Under the pieces are notes generated by a model. That model was not told where the DNA came from and made no database searches. It was given only the letters and a program-made list of their open reading frames with translations. Below are positions 58,001 through 64,000 of a DNA stretch of 64,000 bases, piece after piece. Source of the stretch: Candidatus Zixiibacteriota bacterium (GTDB lineage: Bacteria > Zixibacteria > MSB-5A5 > GN15 > FEB-12); assembly GCA_036826635.1 (NCBI GenBank), contig DAISVY010000001.1, forward strand, positions 92,425-156,424, given 5' to 3'. The position numbers and the translations under genes are program-made. How positions within the stretch are numbered: the first letter of the stretch is position 1; the number at the start of each line of letters is the position of its first letter.

Positions 58001-58002
58001 AT
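49090..58002 (-). CDS. Giant (2,970 aa) secreted multidomain surface protein, T9SS cargo
   Basis: A single uninterrupted ORF with GAGGAG 7 nt upstream of the ATG. It has a signal peptide ([27 protein letters not shown]), tandem Ig/PKD-like modules, cohesin-like and dockerin-like modules, and a C-terminal sorting domain. Confidence 0.9.
   Translation of the reverse strand: [2970 protein letters not shown]
49093..49329 (-). other. T9SS type-A C-terminal sorting domain (last 79 aa)
   Basis: [37 protein letters not shown]…[36 protein letters not shown] is the canonical Por/T9SS CTD pattern. Confidence 0.85.
49693..49917 (-). other. Dockerin-like duplicated Ca-binding segment (aa 2696-2770)
   Basis: There are two D-x-N-x-(N/D)-G loop-helix units: [22 protein letters not shown] and [24 protein letters not shown]. 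Confidence 0.5.
50180..50532 (-). other. Cohesin-like module (aa ~2491-2607)
   Basis: [45 protein letters not shown]…[13 protein letters not shown] follows the pattern of type-I-like cohesin or cohesin-related beta-sandwich domains. Confidence 0.4.
50539..57414 (-). repeat. About 24 tandem in-frame modules of ~80-95 aa (Cys-bearing PKD/Ig-like)
   Basis: Each module starts N-x-(P/A)P-x-(V/T/A)…AG-x-D. Each carries the pattern F-x-C…(I/V)C…D-x-D-x-N…CF(T/N)(P/A)…G-x-Y…D-x-CG…DT. The modules were enumerated by eye from the translation. Confidence 0.8.
57415..57687 (-). other. DUF4114-like domain of the giant protein (aa ~106-196)
   Basis: [18 protein letters not shown] and [23 protein letters not shown] resemble the DUF4114 consensus (…EDxxxGGDxDYNDxV…), recalled from memory. 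Confidence 0.5.
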
Positions 58003-58048
58003 GTTCTCTCCTCAGAACGTAAAATCAACCTATGGCTTACTGAAATAT

Positions 58049-58164
58049 AGGTAAACCGGGAGGAGGGCTTTGACTTGGAGATAGGTTTTGTGTAAAACAG
58101 AAAGTCAAAAACAGGACGGCGGGACCTGAGCAATCGTCCATGCACTCCCTCCGGCGGTTTACCT
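58049..58164 (-). promoter_or_regulatory. Structured 116-nt element in the 5' leader of the giant gene (three-way junction)
   Basis: P1 pairs 58049-58067 with 58147-58164 (10 bp, an internal loop, then 6 bp). P2 is TTTGACT/AGTCAAA (58069-75 / 58103-09). P3 is GGACG/CGTCC (58114-18 / 58135-39). The element ends 46 nt upstream of the ATG. Confidence 0.35.
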
Positions 58165-58423
58165 AATATCGTTTTTTTCTATCGTCCGAACTGAACAAAC
58201 AATACCCGGGAACAGGGTCGTCAGCCACAAATTCCTCAAGTAAAAATATGCCTGATTCAGTTACTATTAAGGTATTGGAAATACCCTATTATGTCAAGGC
58301 TAAATTCCCGTTATATCAGGCTTTTTCGCCCTTTTGGTGGCCTTCGATTCTGGTGGACAGGCCCGCCTTGGGGCAATCTCTTAATTGGCGAGGGAAAGAG
58401 AATTGGGGCGGTGTTCGTCAGAG

Positions 58424-59284
58424 CTATAGCCGGCTGATTTTTTTGAGTTTTTCAAGCAGTTCCGACGCCTCTCGTTTGGACAGGCCTTGTTCCGTGTAGG
58501 CGGCGGTGCTTTTTGGTGCTTCGGCCAGGAATTCACCGAGCAGGCGAAGCTCCGGGGCCGAAAAAGTAACGGCATTCACGTTGTAATCCATGAAGGCCTC
58601 GAAAGCCATCGGACACACTGTCCGGACCATTTCGGCTATGACTTCGGCGTAAAGACGGATCTCCCTCTGGGCATGGGCGTCAAGTCTTAACTGTAAGAAA
58701 TGCAACAGATTATGAAGGTCGATCTTCCAGTACCACTCGGTATACAACGACAGCGGCAGGTCAATACGGGCCAGTTCTCTGGCCAGTCCGGCTTCTACGA
58801 ATTCGTGATAGCGGCGGTAGGTCTCTTTCGAGGATGATTCCAGGGAGTTCAGGAAGCGTTCTTTGAAATCATCGGGGACTTCTTCTTCGGAACGCCCCTG
58901 TTTGTTGACGGTGGACTGGAACCTAATCTCTTTGGCCTCAGGAAGATAGAACTCTTCCTTCATTACGGAATAACGCCCCGACAACTCGTTGACACTGGCC
59001 GAGCGATGCCTTATCCACTGCCGGGCCACGAAGATAGGCAGCTTTACATGGAATTTGAACTCGACCATTTCGAACGGGGTGGTGTGGCGGTGGCGCATCA
59101 GGTAACGAATGAGCCCCCGGTCCTCGGAAACTTTCTTCGTACCTTCCCCGTAACTTACCCGTGCGGCCTGAACAATGGCGGCGTCGGAGCCCATAAAATC
59201 AACCAGGCGGACAAAACCATGGTCGAGCACGCTGAATTCTTTGTTGATCAATGCCTTAGCTTCGGGGTTTTCAATGTGTGCCAT
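58424..59284 (-). CDS. thyX: FAD-dependent thymidylate synthase
   Basis: 286 aa. RHRHTTPFEMVEFKFHVKLPIFVARQWIRHRSASVNELSGRY contains the ThyX RHRxxS motif. Confidence 0.93.
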   Translation of the reverse strand: MAHIENPEAKALINKEFSVLDHGFVRLVDFMGSDAAIVQAARVSYGEGTKKVSEDRGLIRYLMRHRHTTPFEMVEFKFHVKLPIFVARQWIRHRSASVNELSGRYSVMKEEFYLPEAKEIRFQSTVNKQGRSEEEVPDDFKERFLNSLESSSKETYRRYHEFVEAGLARELARIDLPLSLYTEWYWKIDLHNLLHFLQLRLDAHAQREIRLYAEVIAEMVRTVCPMAFEAFMDYNVNAVTFSAPELRLLGEFLAEAPKSTAAYTEQGLSKREASELLEKLKKISRL

Positions 59285-59459
59285 AGTCTGCCTTTACCGT
59301 TATGCGACCGAATATAGGCCGGACGAGCGCCGTGAGCAATCACTTTGTCCAATGCGGATCGGCTGGCGGGTTTCGGACGATTGCTTTTCCCGAATATCAT
59401 ACGTATCTTGTCCACCTTAACAAGCGGAAGACGACGCCAACAACATAGAAGGAGTCCAT

Positions 59460-60974
59460 ATGTCCCCACAAGAAGCCTATAAAGAACTTTGCGAACGTGG
59501 CCGGGAGATCTCTCTTCTCGGTTCGATAGCCGGTGTTCTCGGTTGGGAAGAGCGGGTTTACATGCCGCGCGCGGCTGGCAACCTGCGTTCCCAACAGCAG
59601 AGCCTTCTGGCCGGTATGATGCACAAGAAGTTTACGGATCCCAAAATCGGTGATTTGATAGCGGCTTGCGAGGATTCCGAGCTGACCAAAGACCCGGAAT
59701 CTCCGGAAGCGGCCAATATAAGAGAATTCCGTTGGGAATATGACAAGCAGACCAAACTGCCCCAGCAACTGGTAGAGGAATTTGCCCGGACCACCTCGCT
59801 GGCCCAGGGCGAATGGCAGCAGGCGCGGGCCAGAGGGGACTTTTCGATGTTTCTGCCCTGGTTGGAGAAAGTCGTAGACCTGTGCAAGCGGCGTGCGGAA
59901 GCGTTCGGTTACGAGGATGAGCCCTATGACGCGCTGCTGGACTGTTTCGAGCCGGGCGCCAGGACGAAAGAAGTCGCCGAGGTGTTCGAACATCTTCGTG
60001 CCGATCTCGTAGACCTGGTTGGCCGGATCAAGGACGCTCCGAAAAAGCCCGACGAGTCGATTATCCTTCGCAGTTACCCGGTTGATCTGCAAAGAGTGTT
60101 TGGTGAGATGGTAGCCGCGGCCCAGGGGTTTGATTTTCAGGCCGGGCGTCTGGATATCACCACCCATCCTTTCTGCAGCGGGTTCGGCCCGGGCGATACG
60201 CGCATCACCACCCGATACAACGCAAATCGCTTCAACGACGCCCTGTTCGGTATTATGCACGAGACCGGTCATGCGCTGTACGAGATGGGTATCGATAAGG
60301 AGAAGTATTTCGGGACCCCGATGGGGGAGTCGACCTCACTGGGTATTCATGAGTCGCAATCCCGCATGTGGGAGAACCAGATAGGTCGATCCCGCGAATT
60401 CTGGGTGTATTTCCTGCCCCTGGCCAAACGGATATTCCGTGACGCTCTCAGCGATGTGAGCCTTGATGATTTCTACGGAGCCATTAACTATGTGGCACCG
60501 TCTTATATCAGGGTAGAGGCGGACGAGGCCACTTACAATTTGCACATTCTTCTCCGTTTCGAGCTTGAACGCGGCCTGCTGACCGATCAGATCAAACCGG
60601 CCGACATCCCGTCCGAATGGAACAGCCGTTTCAAGAAATACTTCGGTATTGAAATAAACAACGACGCCGACGGCTGTTTGCAGGATGTTCACTGGTCCGG
60701 TGGGATGATCGGGTATTTCCCGACTTACACACTCGGCAATCTGTATTCGGCTCAGTTCTTCGCCAAACTCCGTCAGGATATTCCCGATATGGGTGAGCAA
60801 ATGGAGCGCGGTGATTTGTCCGGAATCCTGAACTGGCTGCGTCAGAATATCCACCGGCACGGCCGCCGATATCGGGCTCAGGATTTGTGCCGGAAAGTGA
60901 CAGGCAAGCCTCTTTCGCATAAGCCTCTTATAGATTATATGAACGTTAAATTCGGCGAGATTTACGGCCTTTAG
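59460..60974 (+). CDS. M32-family carboxypeptidase (Taq type)
   Basis: 504 aa. HETGHALYE (HExxH), GIHESQSRMWEN and DVHWSGGMIGYFPTYTLGN are the M32 signatures. Confidence 0.9.
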   Translation: MSPQEAYKELCERGREISLLGSIAGVLGWEERVYMPRAAGNLRSQQQSLLAGMMHKKFTDPKIGDLIAACEDSELTKDPESPEAANIREFRWEYDKQTKLPQQLVEEFARTTSLAQGEWQQARARGDFSMFLPWLEKVVDLCKRRAEAFGYEDEPYDALLDCFEPGARTKEVAEVFEHLRADLVDLVGRIKDAPKKPDESIILRSYPVDLQRVFGEMVAAAQGFDFQAGRLDITTHPFCSGFGPGDTRITTRYNANRFNDALFGIMHETGHALYEMGIDKEKYFGTPMGESTSLGIHESQSRMWENQIGRSREFWVYFLPLAKRIFRDALSDVSLDDFYGAINYVAPSYIRVEADEATYNLHILLRFELERGLLTDQIKPADIPSEWNSRFKKYFGIEINNDADGCLQDVHWSGGMIGYFPTYTLGNLYSAQFFAKLRQDIPDMGEQMERGDLSGILNWLRQNIHRHGRRYRAQDLCRKVTGKPLSHKPLIDYMNVKFGEIYGL

Positions 60975-60996
60975 ATGTTTTTCGAATTCCCGAACG

Positions 60997-61029
60997 GGCC
61001 GGTGCTGCAACGCAGTGCCGGCCTTTTTT
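60997..61029 (+). terminator. Rho-independent terminator after the M32 gene
   Basis: GGCCGGTGC-tgcaacgca-GTGCCGGCC (9 bp including two wobble pairs) followed by TTTTTT. Confidence 0.6.
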
Positions 61030-61116
61030 GCTCTTGGCCTGCCGTTGTCCATGATGTATATTAGATATACCCGATAGTCAGTACATTACCCCGAGATTAA
61101 GCCATCAGAACTGTGA

Positions 61117-61572
61117 ATGGAGGGCGAGGATATGGTGGCTACGTCTGCCTCTGAGCAGCGCCTGGAATGGTATATCGAAGCCATTCTCATAGAGGAAAAA
61201 AAGTTCCATCGATGGATACAACAACTGAATCTTGATTATAATCATCTGGACCGTATGCACGAGGAAGGGCTCTGTTGCCACGGCGATTCTCCCGAGGATG
61301 TCCGGCTGTGCCGTTCACATGAAGCCGTTTTGGGTGATCATCACCTTATTCACGGTCGGCACGTCAGGCTTTTGAACTATTGCCAAAAGCTTTCCGAACT
61401 GGCCGCGGAAGGTCGGCTTTCGACCCGGAAGATCGACAGCGAGTGCCAAAAGCTATCGCGTCTCTACGATCAGATGCGGCGCGATCACAACCGGATAGAG
61501 AAAGAGCGCCGAGCCCTTCTTGCCGAGCACGAGGCCTTCGTGCAACTTATGGCGATGCGGAAAGCGTACTAA
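61117..61572 (+). CDS. Hypothetical His/Cys-containing helical protein
   Basis: 151 aa with no signal peptide. It has a charged helical C-terminal half (RLYDQMRRDHNRIEKERRALLAEHEAFVQL) and a central H/C-rich stretch (HEEGLCCHGDSPEDVRLCRSHEAVLGDHHLIHGRH). No family recognised. Confidence 0.4.
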   Translation: MEGEDMVATSASEQRLEWYIEAILIEEKKFHRWIQQLNLDYNHLDRMHEEGLCCHGDSPEDVRLCRSHEAVLGDHHLIHGRHVRLLNYCQKLSELAAEGRLSTRKIDSECQKLSRLYDQMRRDHNRIEKERRALLAEHEAFVQLMAMRKAY

Positions 61573-61759
61573 CCGGAATCAGGATTCTGTATTACCTCAT
61601 CATTTATCTTGTCAGTTATCACCCGGTGAGAAACAGTCTGAATTCGAGGCGAATAAATTCGTTGCATCTTCGCCCGGGATAAAATTACTTAAGCCGACAA
61701 CCGATCAGATATACATGGTTGACTAACGGTGAATTTCCTGAACGGACGCGTGAGCTGAT

Positions 61760-63133
61760 ATGCATATTGTCATCGTGGGTGGCGGCGTAGTTGGTTCGTC
61801 GCTGGCTGAGCAGTTGTTGCGGGACGGTCATTCTGTTTCTCTGGTGGAAGCCAACCCGAAACTCTGCGAGGAGCTTTCCGAAAAGCACGATCTCCAGATA
61901 TTCAACGGTTCCGGGGCCTCGCCGAGGTTGCTTCAGAAGGCCGGTATTCAGGAAGCCGACCTGGTGGTGGCCGTTACCCCCAACGATGAACTGAATATGC
62001 TGGTGTGTGCCATCGCCGCGCAGCACAACGTGACCCAGCGTATCGCCCGCCTGCGCGGCCGCCAGTTTCGTAAAAATAATCCCCTGTTCGATATCGAGAA
62101 AATCGGTGTGACCGACGTGATCCATCCGGAAAAAGTGATGGTCGATTACATCCTGCAGTTTCTCGATACTCCCCACGCGGTCGAATCGGCCACTTTCGAG
62201 GAAGGCCGGGTACTGTTGCGCGGCTATCGCATTCGCGACAACATGCCGCTGGCCGGTAAAACCACGAGTGAAATACGCGCCGAGATTGCCCCGGACGTGG
62301 TTCTGTTTCCGGCCCTGGTGCGCAACCGGCAGGGGATGATTCCCGATGGCAATACCAGAATCGAGGGCGGGGATATCGTCTATTCGCTTTTCCCGCGCGA
62401 GTCGCTGGACTGTTTCCTCGGTTTAATCGGCCAGGAGAGGAAGAAGAATCGCAAGATAATCGTTACGGGCGATTCTTACGCTCTTATGGAACTGGCCCGA
62501 GTTCTGTCCGACAGCGACGATAAAGTCACTATCGTTGATCCCGACATCGAGCATGCTCAGAAACTGGCCGGGATGTTCGACGGCCTGGAAGTCATACACG
62601 GTGACTGTACCGACGTGGATATCCTTCGCGAACTCAACGTTGACAAAGCGGCTTTCTTTATCTCGGTCTCGAATGAGGCCGATTATAACATGCTGTCGGT
62701 ACTTCTGGCCAAGGCCGAAGGAGCCCGCGAGGTTGTGGCCCTGTCACCCGAGACGCGGCATGATCGTCTTTTCAAATCGATTGGCATTGATCATGTCGTC
62801 AATCCCCGCCTGACGGCGGCCCGGGAAATCCTGGAATATATCACGCGCGGGCATATCGGGGCGGTCGTGGAGCTTTCGGATATCGACATCGAAGCGGTGC
62901 GTTTCGTGGTCGAACCGGGTAGTGAAATCGATGGTGCCCAGATTAAAAAAATCGCCGGGAAACTCAAGAGAGGTTCAATAATCGGGCTTATTGTCCGTGA
63001 AAACCGGATTATCCTGCCCGACGGCGAGACCTCTATCCAGGCCGGTGATCATCTCATCGTGGTCACGCACCACAAAAACCTTTCCACGGTAGCCCGGCTC
63101 TTCCGGCCGCGCGGGGTTCTTTCCCGGAGATAG
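61760..63133 (+). CDS. trkA: Trk potassium uptake system NAD-binding protein
   Basis: 457 aa with two RCK_N/RCK_C halves. The first Rossmann motif is MHIVIVGGGVVGSSLAEQL. The second half starts KIIVTGDSYALMELARVL. Confidence 0.9.
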   Translation: MHIVIVGGGVVGSSLAEQLLRDGHSVSLVEANPKLCEELSEKHDLQIFNGSGASPRLLQKAGIQEADLVVAVTPNDELNMLVCAIAAQHNVTQRIARLRGRQFRKNNPLFDIEKIGVTDVIHPEKVMVDYILQFLDTPHAVESATFEEGRVLLRGYRIRDNMPLAGKTTSEIRAEIAPDVVLFPALVRNRQGMIPDGNTRIEGGDIVYSLFPRESLDCFLGLIGQERKKNRKIIVTGDSYALMELARVLSDSDDKVTIVDPDIEHAQKLAGMFDGLEVIHGDCTDVDILRELNVDKAAFFISVSNEADYNMLSVLLAKAEGAREVVALSPETRHDRLFKSIGIDHVVNPRLTAAREILEYITRGHIGAVVELSDIDIEAVRFVVEPGSEIDGAQIKKIAGKLKRGSIIGLIVRENRIILPDGETSIQAGDHLIVVTHHKNLSTVARLFRPRGVLSRR

Positions 63134-63136
63134 GGT

Positions 63137-64000
63137 GTGCGCAAGTCCGCAGTAGCGTATGCCATCGGCAAACTGATGCAGGTCCTGGGAGTCATCCTGC
63201 TGGCTCCTCTGGCGATAGCCGTGTACGATTATCGCCATCTGCCGCCGAACGAGATCTTCTCACAACCGGAAGTGCTTGGTTTTATCGCTTCTATTCTGCT
63301 GACGGCCATCATTGGCACTGTCACTACCTGGCTTTTCAGACACGGTCGCGATTTGCAGGGAATAAGAGAAGGTTTCGCTATCGTCAGCCTGGGCTGGATC
63401 GGGATGACATTCTGGAGCTGCCTGCCGCTCTTTTTCTATTTTCTCTCGCAGCAGGATATGAGTGCGGGGGCTGCTTGTACCGCTTTCACCGACGCCTTTT
63501 TTGAAATAATGTCGGGCTACACGACGACCGGAGCAACTGTCCTGACCAACATTGAGGCCGTGCCTCGTTCGCTGTTGTTGCTGCGGGCGACTACGCACTG
63601 GCTGGGGGGGATGGGTATTATTACCCTGGCTATCGTCGTTTTCCCGTCGCTCGGCGTGACCGGTTATCAGATGTTTCGGGGCGAAGTGCCGGGGCCGAGT
63701 CCGGACAAGTTGCGCCCCCGGCTGGCTCAGACGGTTTCGATATTGTGGGGGGTGTACGTATTGTTCTCGGCCGCCGAGATTCTGCTGCTGTGGCTGGGCG
63801 GCATGAACCTGTTCGAGTCGGTCTGTCATGCTTTCGCCACTATGGCTACGGGTGGTTTTTCGACCGAGAACGCCTCGATTGCGGCTTATCATTCCGATTA
63901 CATCGAGTGGGTCGTGACTTTTTTCATGTACCTGGCCGGGATCAATTTTATTCTGCACTTCCGGGCGCTGCGCGGTGATGTCGGGTCGATGTTTCAGAAT
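63137..64000 (+). CDS. trkH: Trk-type potassium transporter membrane subunit, N-terminal part (runs off the right edge)
   Basis: Absent from the ORF track because it has no stop in the window. Translating from the GTG at 63137 gives VRKSAVAYAIGKLMQVLGVILLAPLAIAVYD… and later FEIMSGYTTTGATVL, a TrkH/KtrB selectivity-filter-type MxGxTTxG motif. Confidence 0.85.
   Translation, partial: MRKSAVAYAIGKLMQVLGVILLAPLAIAVYDYRHLPPNEIFSQPEVLGFIASILLTAIIGTVTTWLFRHGRDLQGIREGFAIVSLGWIGMTFWSCLPLFFYFLSQQDMSAGAACTAFTDAFFEIMSGYTTTGATVLTNIEAVPRSLLLLRATTHWLGGMGIITLAIVVFPSLGVTGYQMFRGEVPGPSPDKLRPRLAQTVSILWGVYVLFSAAEILLLWLGGMNLFESVCHAFATMATGGFSTENASIAAYHSDYIEWVVTFFMYLAGINFILHFRALRGDVGSMFQN

Noticed and set aside
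58248-58499. An 83-aa plus-strand ORF between the giant gene and thyX.
   Set aside because: It overlaps the 3' end of thyX antisense. It has no RBS or motif and lies in the promoter/leader region of the giant gene.

Overview
This is a 64-kb chromosomal segment from a bacterium that looks moderately GC-rich by eye. GC content was not computed. The gene content fits best with the FCB-group or candidate-phylum neighbourhood. Evidence for that is a T9SS type-A C-terminal sorting domain, a PEP-CTERM protein, an archaeal-type inositol-3-phosphate synthase and a PGI/PMI-type isomerase. Coding is dense and mostly housekeeping: ahcY-metK, PTS EI/HPr, dprA, obg, tmk, thyX, asnS, xthA, murQ, a znuABC-like metal importer, trkAH, and S41, M3 (PepF) and M32 peptidases. 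I could not recognise any rRNA, tRNA, CRISPR array, transposase, integrase or phage gene. Many long ORFs in the six-frame track are antisense shadows of real genes and are rejected.

Candidates for something undescribed:
1. A translationally coupled operon of one lipoprotein and four membrane proteins with no family I can name (3254-7381).
2. A tight operon of a divergent DprA-like paralog, YigZ, a PfkB kinase, a PAP2 phosphatase and a macrodomain (38937-42459).
3. An 8.9-kb gene for a 2,970-aa T9SS cargo protein with about 24 Cys-bearing Ig/PKD-like modules plus cohesin-like and dockerin-like modules (49090-58002). It has internal segmental duplications and a structured 5' leader.
4. An adjacent pair of a serine-palmitoyltransferase-like enzyme and a GNAT-fold protein. 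Together with an inositol-phosphate locus elsewhere in the window, this hints at ceramide or inositol lipid synthesis.
5. A nucleotidyltransferase fused to a phosphomannomutase-fold domain in which all four catalytic motifs look degenerate.
6. An inositol-3-phosphate synthase with a Lys-rich, histone-H1-like tail.

All family calls rest on motifs read by eye and recalled family signatures. No database search was run.
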